Shown: one piece after another, positions 24,935 through 37,300 of the stretch
Position numbering within the stretch: the stretch's first letter is position 1
Layout of the letters: each line of letters begins with the position of its first letter
Assembly: GCA_051313645.2 (NCBI GenBank)
Contig: JBNRSN020000003.1
Span: forward strand, 140,740,001-140,804,000
Direction of reading: 5' to 3'
DNA: 64,000 bases
Source: Centroscyllium fabricii
Lineage: Eukaryota
Notes under the pieces: generated by a model
Told to the model about the DNA's origin: nothing
Database searches by the model: none
The model's input: only the letters and a program-made list of their open reading frames with translations
Translations under genes and position numbers: made by a program

Positions 24935-25665
24935 AATAAGTACAGAGGGCCTAGGCAAAATTTTATTGGCCAGTAGACAGCACTTGATGAACAGGTACAG
25001 AAAATAATCGAAAAGGCTAATAGAATGCTGGCCTTTTTATCTAGAGGACCAGAATACAAGTGGGTAGAAGTTATGCTTCACCTATACAAAGGCCAGGTTA
25101 GACCACACCTATAGTGCTGTGAGGAGTTCTGGAAACGATAACCTAGGAAGGATATATTGGCCTTGGAGGAAGTACAGCGTAGATTTACCAGAATGATACC
25201 TGGACTCTAAGGATTAAATTACGAGGAAAGATGCTGCCTGGCCTGCTGAGTTTTTCCAGCGTTTTCTGTTGTTATTACACAAACTAGGCTGGTATTCCCT
25301 AAAATTTGGTAGGTTAAGAGGTGTTTGATTGAAGTATTCAAGATATTATGGGGAATAGATAGGGTAGAGAGAGATAAACTATTTCTGCTGGTGTGGGAGC
25401 CTAGGACTCGAGGGCATAGTCTAAAAATTAGAGCCAGACCTTTCAGGAGTGAAATTTGGAAACACTTCTACACACAAAGGGTGGTAGAAGTTTGGAACTC
25501 TCTTCTGCAAATGATAATTGATGCTGACTGTTCATTTTAAATCTGAGATTGATTTTTGGTAACCAAGGTATTAAGGGATATGGAATTAGGTCTAAGATCA
25601 GCCATGATCTCATTGAATGGCGGAACAGGCTCGCGGGGCTAAATGGCCTACTCATGTTCCTATGT
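24935..25665 (+). mobile_element. Old CR1 3' fragment
   Basis: LIEVFKIL...TRGHSLKI...FYTQRVVEVWNSL and a CR1 3' UTR. Confidence 0.85.
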
Positions 25666-25979
25666 TGCTCCATCCTCAAAGGAAAGATTGGACTTAATTA
25701 TTTTAACAAGATCCTGAAAGAGTGTTTCTTCCTTGATATTAAACTGACGTTCTGGTGCCAACAAATTCAGAAACAGAATTTTGAGGAGAAATATACAAAC
25801 AGATACAAAATAAAGTTACAGGGCTTCAGTCTAATTAGTGCAGATGGTAGGAAAATCATAGTGGCTGTGCAACCAAATACCCAATCTGCATTCTTGGCAC
25901 ATGAAGCTACAGACTGGGAGAGCTGAAGTTGAAAATTTACCCACTGCACTTTTATTAGAATGATTCATTTGCCTTTCAG

Positions 25980-25996
25980 CAGGCCATCATTTACCT
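25980..25996 (+). CDS. Candidate host micro-exon, (Q)AIIYL
   Basis: tttgcctttcag|cag NAGNAG acceptor and gtaagc donor; phase fits the exon at 42708. Confidence 0.3.
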
Positions 25997-26778
25997 GTAA
26001 GCTTGCATAAATTCTTCATAAGGACTCAAAAAAGCTGAAGTTAATATTCACCCTTTCTTTCACTTACTAACAAAATAACAAGAATAGAGAAACTAATCAC
26101 TTTCCTAAACAAATGTCACCAGCACCACTGTTACAGCATTCATTATTGTCGGAACCTGCTAACTGCACTCATTTGTATTACTGGGAAAGCGGATTTCCCA
26201 GTTGCTTGCACTTCGTGACTTCTTTGAAAATTGTTTTGAAATAATGTATTAAGTATTCTGCATGGCCCGTCAACAACAGATATATCTGATAATACTGAAA
26301 ACAGTCACATGCCTAAAACTGCTATGCTAATTGTCTCATTTATTTTCCTGCTTGTTGAATGATTAACTTCCTGGAAACTCTGCTGGATTTGCAAATGGTA
26401 CTGTCACATAAATGTTTTGAAGAAACCTTTAAATGGAGTTTTGTATTCTTTACATGCAGCATTTTTCTCGCTCCTTTTAGTTTGCTGTTGAATTATACGG
26501 AACAGAAAGATTCCAGGTCCCTGGTCTGCCCTGTGTTAGAGGATCTAATTTTAGTCGTGTCATCAATGGAAATAGTGCAGTTGACATCAGAGTCCACACT
26601 CCAGAAAGGAGAAAAATAAGCCAGGGTTCCCACTCCTAACCAGAGCCAGCAGCCCCCATGTGTGAAAATACATGTGTGTGGCATTTGGGTGAGGACACAA
26701 TCAGGTTCAGCTGTGAGGTCTTCCATAGTCAAATCGTCAACACTCATTCTCTGGGTTCACACAAAAAGAATGTAATTT

Positions 26779-28860
26779 GGGCCACAAGCTGGGAGCATTC
26801 TCGCCAGCGGTTAAGGACGGTTTTGCTGAGAAAATAGTAACCGCCTTGCTTCCGCCCACTTCTGGCGCAAAATGCGGCGGCCGCCATTTTAAACAGGTCG
26901 GCACAGCTGCCATTGCCTGCACTTGCCATCCACATTTAAATGATGTAGATTGTGATGTCACTCAGCGTACAACGCCTGAATTGACACACGATCTGTCCTA
27001 TTCAACGACGCCGCTCTTGATATCGCCCTCCTCAAACCACACACGAAAGAACATACATGCAGCAGTACCGCAGTGCCAGTGCTTGTTAAATCGACACACA
27101 CATCTTTCAGGTAATATTAGATTTTTGCTTTTGGGGACTTTTTTTTAACATTTTATTGGAGTAATGGCTTGTTGCAATACATTTATCAAGTTAGTAAAAT
27201 GTGCAGGGGGTGCTGCTGGATGTTTGCAAGGCTTTGGCTCTTAAAGGAAGGGCTCTGAGAACACCACTTGCTCCCAGTCCTGGAGGCTCCAGTTGCTGTC
27301 CCCCTTGGGCTACAGCATTACATGGAGATGGAGCAAAGGGATGACATGCTCCTCACAGAAGAGGAATCATAGAATGGTTACAGCACAGAAGACGGCCATT
27401 CAGCCTGTTGAGCCCATGCCGGCTCTCTGCAAGAGCACTTCAGCTGGTCCCACTCCCCCGCCCTTTCCCCGTAGTCCTGCAAATTTATTTCCTTCAGGTA
27501 ATTATCCAATTCTTTTGAAAGCCACAATTGAATCTTCCTCCACCACCCTTACAGGCAGTGCATTCCAGATCCTAACTACCCTTACAGGCAGTGCATTCCA
27601 GATCCTAACTACCCTTACAGGCAGTGCATTCCAGATCCTAACTACCCTTTCAGGCACTGCATTCCAGATCCTAACCACTCGCTGCGTAAAGAAAGGTTTT
27701 TCCTGATGTCGTGGGGGACACTGCAAATCACCTTGCAGGATGACCTCAAGGAGCTGGTGGCTGGGAGTGTGAAATCGAGTGACGGTGTTTCTTGTTCTTC
27801 TTCACTCTCCTCTCCCTCTTCTTGGTCAACCACTAGCTGGGCAGGTTGAATTTCTTGGGTGTCTGAAATGAGAAAGGCACAGGGGTAGAGTTGTAGTGAG
27901 GGGAGGGCGGGAAAGCAAGAGGTTCATGCTTTCACCATGTGCAGCTTGTACATCAGAAGAGATTGTGGGATGAAACAGAAGTGGGATGTGAGAAGGTGGA
28001 TAACATATAAGTATACCAGCATCTTGTATCCTTTCAGCCCCACGACTGGCCAAGGGTTCAGCCATGCCCCTGCCAAGAATGGCAAGCACTGTCTCCTCCA
28101 AGGGGATGAGGTGAAGCTAGGAATGTGAGGTGTGCCTCGTGTTTGGTAGAGATTGTTGGTAGGTGAGTGATGGGCGAGGCATTGTGCATTGAGCAGTGTA
28201 AGAGGCTAGTGTTGCAGTTGGTAGGAGATGACTTTTGAAAATGCATTTACTGACCTTGACCACTCGTCTGAGGTCATGAAACTTCTTTGGGCACTGTAGC
28301 CAGGTCGTGGGGATGACACTACTGGCAGTGACAGCCTCGGCGACCTGGTTCCATATCCTTCTTTCTGGAGGACCTCCTGGCCCCTGTGGTTAGAGAACCT
28401 CTCTTGCAGTGTTGACCCTTGCACAAAGCTGGAGTGCTGCATCCAAGACCCTGGGTGCCCTTTCCCTGGCCAGTTGAACCATTTGTGTTAGTGCTGAAGC
28501 ATTTTTAGTATTTTCTATGTGCCGAAGGCTTTAAGAGCTGCTGACTGCCTAGTTCTGAAGGATTTTTAATTTTTTTTAAGTGCAGCAAACAGATCAGCTT
28601 TCAGAGCTGCAGACTGCCTTGAAAAGGAGCAGGCTAGCTTTCAGTAAAGCTAGCCTCAGTCGAGCGACGTGAACTTCGGCCCCATGCTGAGCGTACAGCC
28701 TATCAGCAGTGCATTTGTCTCGAGGCTGTGTGCTCCTATCCCGGTAATTTGCAGACAGCACCAAAATGATGTGCTGCCTGCACTTTCTGAACGGTGCAGT
28801 CATACCTTGAATCGCTTTGCCTGTGCCCGTTTTCGGGCCTTATCGAATTTCATCCAAAAA
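26779..28860. mobile_element. Internally deleted Harbinger element with a CR1 3' fragment at 27365-27705
   Basis: 27260-27330 resembles the transposase start at about 55810; 27720-28450 resembles the Myb-ORF region at 58200-59300. Confidence 0.55.
27543..27675. repeat. Four copies of a 33-bp tandem repeat in a CR1 3' end
   Basis: Unit c(t/c)acccttacaggcagtgcattccagatcctaa. Confidence 0.95.
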
Positions 28861-29674
28861 ATCTTAGGGAGAGAAGAGAAGAAAATAACGGGGGAATGCT
28901 TACAATCTCTTGACTAACACTCCTGTCTCAAACATTCTCCAAATTAGGCTACAAACAATCCCCATACTCTTATGAATGTGACTCTAACTTGCTAGCAGGA
29001 GGATTTTAAAAGTGAAGGTGGGATGGTCAATGCGCTCTCTGGTTGGAAGATGGCACATTTTCACCCATTTCTCATTCCTCTGGCTCCTTCGTGCTCTATG
29101 AATCATCTAGTGCCGCATCATCACTAGCGCTATCTAATTGCCCCTTATGAAAATATCTGAGCTTGTGCATGGATGTGAAAAAGTGAGTGGTGCAGGGGGT
29201 GAGTTCGAGGGGGTTGGGCAGAGGAAGTTGGGGCAGGAACTCATGAGTAGGCTTGCATCCAAATTCATCTCCTCCATCATCCTCATCTTCCTCATCATAG
29301 TTTACAAAAATGTATTTGTGTCTCTGTTCTTCCTCCTCCTCATCATCATCTTCCTCCTCCTGTGCTCCCTCTTTCCCCTCTGTTGATGTGATGGATCTGC
29401 AGGAAAGGAGGTTAGAAGCTAAGAATGGGTGACCATTGCCCCCTTGGGATTAAAGAGTCAGATAAGCGGGTTAGAGGCTTGTCTCTCTGTGAGCTGCTTC
29501 ATGGGGATGCTATGGTGATTGTGCTAGTGGTCAGTCGCTAACTTCCACCATCAATATGCCGTCTTCTTGTAGGACTCCAGGTGTTTAATGTTGTCAGTGC
29601 CCTCTCCAGTGACATGCTCTCCCCAGATTGCTAAAGTTTGCATTCCAGCAGATATAGCATCCTTTTTAAAAATA

Positions 29675-30100
29675 TATATTTATTCATTCACGGGATGTGG
29701 GCATTGCTGACAAGGCCAGCATTTATTGCCCATCCCTAATTGCACTTAAGAATGTGGTGGTGAGCCGCCTTCTTGAACCACTGCAGTCCGTGTGGTGAAG
29801 GTACTCCCACAGTGCTGTTAGGGAGGGAGTTCCAGGATTTTGACCCAGCGACGATGAAGGATCGGCGATATACTTCTAAGTCGGGATAGTGTGTGACTTG
29901 GAGGGGAACTTGGAGGTGGTGGTGTTCCCATGCACCTGCTGCCCTTGACTTCTAGGTAGTAGAGGTCACGGGTTTGGAAGGTGCTGTCGAAGAAGCCTTG
30001 GCGAATTGCTGCAGTGCATCTTGTAGATGGTACACACTGCAGCCACGTTGGAAGGAGTGAATGTTAATGGTGGATGGTGTGTCGATCAAGCGGGCTGCAG
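29675..30100 (-). mobile_element. Older 3' fragment of the tRNA-headed LINE family
   Basis: Reverse complement aligns with about 7300-7740. Confidence 0.85.
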
Positions 30101-30843
30101 CAGCATAAGCCTTCCCTGGCAGTCACTATGGTGGCATTATAGCAGAATTTCCGAAGGTGAAAGTTCCTGGTGCATCCGAGCAATGAAACTGCCTAGTAGC
30201 TCACCAATAACGTTAGCCAGTTGGCAGAGTAGATAATCCCGTTATTCTTTTATCTTTTGAAGCTGGGTTCAGATCCAGCACAGATTAGTGTGATTAAAGT
30301 CTTCTCTCTGCAACTCATACGGATTCTGTGTGGAAAAAGTTCTGCCCTTTCCATCTAGTTTTACTGGGAGTAAGAAAACAACAGAAAACTCTTTATAATT
30401 CAATTAGCACTACATTGGGAGTTTTACTCAAAAGTTGGAAGAGTGCGAATGTGCGAAACAGTGTCCTGTGGTACAATTGGATTTGCTTTTCTAAGGTGCT
30501 TCTGTGAACACAGTGCTGCATCTTCAGGCCGTGGGGCCTTCTGGCTTTAAGAATACAGGGTATTGAAAAATATCCATTAAAATTGTAATTTAAAAAATAT
30601 TAAGTTAGTCATAGTGAATATCAATAGTGGTTAATACAATTGTATTTTAATTGTATTTCCTACCATTGAGCCAAGCTGACACTTGAAGGCAAAGTGATTG
30701 TGATTATAATTGAATTTTATATACAAGAAATAATATGGATAAGTACAAATTGAGACTTGGAAAATATTTACTTACATGTGGAATTTGTTTAGTTTAGTTT
30801 TATCAAACAGATGTGATTTCCAGGAATAGTTAGTTACATTAAT

Positions 30844-31682
30844 GGGCCAGAATTTCGGGTGCCTCAAACCAGATGCCCACGCACGAACGGGTCCAAAATG
30901 CCCCGTGCGATGAATGCACGGGAGATGCCCACAGATCCGAGATTTCCGATGCTGAGGGAGAAGGGCCCTCAGCATCAAACGCAGGAGTGAGTTGCACCCA
31001 GAATTTGGGCTCCAAAAGGGTGATTTTTGGTCAGTGATTCTGTGGGCAACGGGCCCACAAGCTGCACGGGAAAAAAACAGTTGTAACTCATGCGTGACGG
31101 AGTAAAATGCGTTTTTAAACAAGGTAAGTTATTTTTTGACCTTTAATTTTAAGTTTTAACAGTTTTGGGGAGTAATGTGGCCAGATCGGTATCAATAAAT
31201 TTGGATGTTAAAGTTTTTTTTTTAATTTTACAAATGCGATTTTGAATTGCTATACCTATTCCAAATCGCTAATTTTTAAATTTAGAGTTCTGAAATTTTT
31301 AACTAATTTAGTGAAGTTAAAAAACTAAGAGAAAAAATCGCTGACTTACCTTCGGTCAAAAGCTAGTCTGGCCGCGCTGCTCACTGCCGAGTCTGTGAGT
31401 GCAGCGCCTCACGTCCCTGCTCACTAACAAGGTCCGACTCGGGATCTGTGGGCGTTTTTTAATTTAAATTGGGGATCTGTGGGCGTTTTTAAATTTAAAT
31501 TGGGGATCTGTGGGTGGGGCATACACTGCGCTCCTAGCGTGGCTGGACAGCCACGTTGTGCAGGAAGGGGGCGGAGCCGAGCCGAAATGCTGGGAGTAAA
31601 AAAAGTGCGATGTTGGTGCGGTTCGTTAGGGATCTGCATGGTCCTAGTTCCCCACCAACCGGCAAACCCGAAATTCTGGCCC
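30844..31682. mobile_element. Harbinger/PIF-like MITE
   Basis: Perfect 17-bp TIR gggccagaatttcgggt and 3-bp TSD AAT. Confidence 0.9.
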
Positions 31683-34309
31683 AATGATGTTTGATTTTGA
31701 TACTGGTTGCTAGAGTGGAAATGTGTTCCAGGCTACCACATTGATAATTTGCACCCTGATAACACAAATTCAGTTCCTAAAATTATAAATAATTACAGAA
31801 ATAAGTGAAAATAATTTCTGTCCAAACACTTTTTAAATCTCATATCCCTACCTAATGTGTCATTGCAAATTACGCCCATTTGGTGCTCTGGTCTTGCCTT
31901 GATGAGCTGCGTGCATATTTCAATCTATGAGATGTTGACAAGTTTGAAAATAAATCCTGGTGAAAATAATAGTGTTGAGGCTGCTGACGGACACGAGTAG
32001 AGGCCGAGACCGAATGAGTTTAAACAGACTTACTTTAATGGCATCGCGGTACAGAGTGAGCGATTCGCGCTCTTTTCTCAAATATGATGTCAGCCCGTAC
32101 GCGGGTACGGCTGCGCGCTGACGTCAGCGCATATACCGGCCCTGCTTCATGATGACATCAGCGCGTCGGCAGCCGGGCTCTGTGCGAACCGAGTCTTGCA
32201 GGCGCGTTGCCTGGAGAGGCGTCCGTGGACGTCGGTGCGGATTCGCCCGTTTAGGTGGCGGCCCGCCACAGAGCTCCCCCCAGAATCCGCTTAGGAGGAG
32301 TGGACGAGGCGGTGCGGTGGTCTGATGGGCCGGCCGGAGCGACTCTTGCGTGACGTCGGTGGACAAGGAGAGGCCGGGCGAGTTGATTGGCCGGGGGGGC
32401 CGCCCGCGTAACGGTGGGCAGGCCACTGCAGTGGGTTCGCCGGGTTCAGTGTGTGCCGGCTTGAGTTGGTCGACCGACACAGTTTCAGTTCTGTTGCCCA
32501 CCCGCAGTTTGAAGCACTTGTACCCCGCCTGTAGCACCTTGTAGGGCCCGTCGTACGGGGGTTGTAGAGGTCCGCGGTGAGCGTCATGTCGGACGAAGAC
32601 GTACAGGCTAGGCAGGATGTGTGATGTTGGTTCGCCGTGCCGGGCCACGGGCACCGGGGCGAACTGTTGCGCCGAGGCGGCAAAGTCGAGGCGTTGCTGG
32701 TCGGCTGACCAGGGCGTAGTGGCAGTGGGCAAGAACTTGCCGGGTACGCGCAGCGGCTGGCCGTACACGACTTCCGCTGCCGAAGCATGGAGGTCCTCCT
32801 TGACCGCGGAGCGTAGGCCAAGCATAACCCATGGGAGACGGTCTGTCCACGTGTTGTCTGTAAGGCTGGCTCATAGGGAAGCCTTCATAGATCTGTGGAA
32901 ACGTTCACACAGTTCGTTGGCTTGTGGGTGATACGCTGTGGTGCGGTGTAAGGTCACCCCGAGGTTGTGAGCGACCGCAGTCCAGAGTGCAGAGGTGAAC
33001 TGAGGGCCTCTGTCCGATGTCATGTCGGCGGGGACGCCGAACCGGGCGACCCATGTGCTGACGGAGGCCCTGGCGAGGTCCGCCGCCGTGGTGGTGGAGG
33101 CCAGTAGTATCGCTTTGGGCCAGCGTGTGGTGCAGTCCACATTGGTGAGCAAGTGGGTCTGGCTTGTAACGGCGGCAGAGGCCCCACGATGTCCACGTGG
33201 ACGTGGTCGAATCGCTGTGTGGGGATGGCGAAACCCCCGAGGGGTGCTTTGATGTGCTGTTGCACCTTGGCCCGTTGGCAGGCAATGCAGGAGTTGACCC
33301 AAGTACGCACATCTTTGCTTAGGCCGTGCCAGATGAAACGGTTGGCCACCATTTTGATTGAAGCGCAAATGCCGGGGTGGGACAGGCTGTGGACTAGGTC
33401 GAAGATCAGCTGCCAGGATGCCGGGACGACGGGCCGGGGTTGGGGCAGGGACATGTCGCATTTGACCGCAACCACGGTGGGGCCGCAGGCGACGTCGGCC
33501 AACTGCAGGCCGGGTAGGCTGGTGGGCGCGGAGAGCAGGTCAGGGTCTGTGAGCTAGTCGACTGCGAGCTGGGCGTAGTCGACTGCCAGGTGTGTGGCAT
33601 GGATGGCTGGGCGGGAGAGGCAGTCGGCTACCACGTTGTCTCAACCGGAGACGTGCTGGATGCCTGTGGTAAATTCGGACACGGCTGCGAGCTGGCGCTG
33701 CTGTCTTGCAGACCACGGGTCGGTTGCCTTTGCCATCGCGAATGTCAGGGGTTTGTGGTCAACAAACGTGGTGAAGGGGTGGCCCTCCAGCAAGAACCAA
33801 AAATGGCGGACCGCCAGGTACAGCGCAAGGAGCTCGCGGTCGAAGGTGCTGTGTTTCACCCCCGGGGGGCGCAGTTGGCGGCTGAAAAATGCGAGGGGCT
33901 GCCAGGTGCCGTCGACCCACTGCTCGTACATGGCTCCGACCGTGTGGTTGGAGGTGTCCGTGGTGAGCGCTACTTTGGCGTTGGGCTGTGGGTGTGTGAG
34001 CAGCGCGGCGTCGGCAAGCGCCAATTTTGTGGAAGCGAAGGCGTCCGCCATCCATTCGACTGCCATCTTGCCGCTCTTACCTCGGAGGGCCTGGTAGAGG
34101 GGGCCCATGAGGGATGTCGCTTTGGGGATGAAGCGGTTGTAAAAGTTCACCATCTGCAGGAACGCTTGTAGGCCCTTGATGGTGTTGGGGCGGGGGAACT
34201 GCTGGGCGGCCTGCCCCTTGATGGGCAGGGGTATGGCCCCGGCCTGGGTGATGTGGCCCAGGAAGTCGATGCAGTCCAGGCCGAACTGGCACTTGGCCGG
34301 GCTGAGTAT

Positions 34310-37300
34310 TGTGATGAACCTTTTAGTGTGGTTCACACTGTGCGATTATTGTATATAGTTTGGGTTAATATATTGTTAATATCTGTACATTCTGTAAGGA
34401 CCTGTACCGGCTGACCCCGCCTCTGGGCACTAGTATAAAGGAGAATGCTCCGCCCACTCATCTCTCATTCCGGGCGGGCTCACCGAGGGCACGGTTCAGT
34501 TTCTTGTAAATAAAAGCCTTTAGTTAAGAACAAGCTGTCGGCTCTGATTTGAGGCTCCACAATTTTATTTACAAGAATTTTTAAAATGAACCAGCAACAG
34601 CCAGCAACTTTTGAGAGTTGGAAGACAGACCTAAAACCCCAAACTCTCGACCTCAACCCCCAGGCACCGAACGCGTCCAATGATTTTGAACACTGGCTAA
34701 GCTGTTTTGAATCGTTCCTTGTTGTGGCCGGAGTCAGCGACGCGCACAAGAGACGAGTCCTGGTCTCCTGTGTGAGTGGCAGGGTGTATTCCATCATCAA
34801 GAGCGCCACGGAATACGATGCAGCGATGGAGCTACTGAAGGCTCGATACCTCCAGCCAGTCAACGCAGTCTATGCTCGCCATCTACTCGCCACGCGGAGA
34901 TAACAGCATGGTGAGTCGAATGAGGAGTACCTGGAGGCTCTTCAAGCTCTCGTTCTGCGCTGTGGATGCGCCCCTGTTAACGCCCAGGAGCACATGGACC
35001 TCCTCTTCCGCGATGCCTACGTGGCAGGCATCAGATCGGCCCCAGCTCGCACCCGCCTGCTCGAGCAGGATAATATGTCCCTGAATGAGGCGGTGAAGCT
35101 TTCCAACGCGGTGGATGGGGCCCTCCGGAGCCTGGATTCGTACACTGGGCACAGCTCCCACGCGGTTTACCCTGGGCCTCTGGACTCGCGCTCGACAGCG
35201 ACTGTGGCGGCCACGCCGCCATCTGGACAGCCAGCGCCTCCAAAATGCTTTTTTTGCAGCCAGAAACGCCATCCACGAAGCTCCTGCCCAGCAAAGGCCT
35301 CTTCCTGCTCCAAATGTGGCAAGAAGGGCCATTTTCTGAAGGTCTGCCGATCGCCCCGGAATCAGCAAGGAAAACGGCAGCAGCCTGTGAATTCCACGCC
35401 ACAGAGAGGCCTCAGGTACCTAGCGCCCCCCAACAGCGGCCCTCAGAACAATTGCTACCTACCTTGCCTCAGATGCGGCCTCCCAACGTCATTTCCCGTG
35501 CTCCGCCATCTTTGGGGGCGCGGGCGTCTTTCTCCTCGGTCGTTCCCCGCGCTCTGCCATCTTTAGGGGCGTGGCCTTCTTCATCGGCGTTTCGGCGCGA
35601 AACGCGGGCACCGTCTGGCCTCCTGGCAGCAGCGGCACACAGGGCGCCGCCATCTTTGATGCGGGCAACTCGCATCCCAGCATCAGAAGCCCCGACCCAT
35701 CACGTGACGCCGCCATCTTTCTGTGGGGCAACTCGCAAGCCGGCAGCAGCGGCCCCGCCCCATCACATGACGCCGCCATCTTTGTATAGGACAACTCGCA
35801 TCCCGGCATCAGCGGCCCCGCCCCATCACGTGACGACGCCATCTTTGTATAGGACAAACTTACCAATACAGGCTGCAGAAGCGACAGGTAGATTAGAAGA
35901 AACTACAATGATTCTGGCAGCAGCAACAGGCAACTCCAGGGCAATTCAGCATTCTGCCGCTTGTGCGACACGAGCCCTTCGGTCCTCCCAATGGCTTTCT
36001 CGGCGACTCACCGAAACGCCACCGCGGCCCGCTGCATGCGAATCACGGGCGCCGCCATCACCCGCGGACTCTGCATTGCACAAGGGCCCCAGCGCGCACA
36101 CCACACTTGCCTCTACGGCCCTCAACCAGTCTCTCATGTTATCGATGATGCCCATCCGGGTAGAGGGGCACCTCATCCGATGTCTGTTCGAGACTGGGAG
36201 TACGGAGAGCTTCATACACCCTGATACGGTGCGCCGTTATTCCCTCAGGGTTAGGCCCACACATCGTAAAATCTCCCTCGCCTCCGAGTCCCAGACTGTG
36301 GACGTCATCGGCTGCTGTACAGTCACTATTACTGTGAAGGGGACGACATACCGCAACTTTCCACTGTACGTCCTCCCACAGCTCTGCGCCCCTGTGTTGC
36401 TTGGCCTGGACTTCCAGTGCCATCTGCAGAGCGTGACGATGGCGTACGGCGGTCCCCTGCCTCCTCTCACGGTCAGCAGCCGCAACTGCCCTGCCTCACA
36501 ACCACACTCCTCCTGCGGTCTGTCTACCTTGAAGATAGACCCCCCCTCGCTGTTCGCCAACCTTGACCGTGACTGCAACCCCATTGCAACCAAGAGTCGG
36601 CGATACAGCGCGGGGGACCACACCTTTATCAAGGCAGAGGTTGCTCGGTTGTTGCGGGAGGGCATCATCGAGGCCAGTAACAGCCCGTGGCGGGCCCAGG
36701 TGGTAGTGGTTAAGTCTGGCGACAAACAGCGCATTGTCATCGACTATAGTCAGACCATTAAGCGCTACACTGGGCTCGACGCTTAGCCGCTTCCTAGGAT
36801 AAATGACATGGTCAATCAGATTGCCCAGTATTAATCTATATTAACGATTTGGAAGAAGGGACCAAGTGCAACATATCAAAGTTTGTGGATGACACAAAAA
36901 TGGGAGGGAGGGTGATGAATGAGGAGGACATTAAAAACCTGCAAAAGGACATAGATAGGCTAAGTGAGTGGGCAGAGATTTGTCAGATGGAGTATAATAC
37001 TGGAAAATGTGAAGTTATGCACTTTGGCAGGAAAAATAATAGAGCGAGTTATTATCTAAATGGAAAGGAACTGGAAAGTACTTCAGTGCAAAGGGATCTG
37101 GGGGTCCTGGTGCAGGGGACACAGAAAGTTAATATGCAGGTGCAGCAGGTGGTAAGGAAGGCCAACGGAATGTTGGCTTTTATTGCTAAGGGGATTGAGT
37201 ATAAAAGCAGGGAGGTCTTGTTGCAGTTGTACAGGGTATTGGTGAGACCACACCTGGAATACTGCGTGCAGTTCTGGTGTCCCTATTTAAGAAAGGACAT

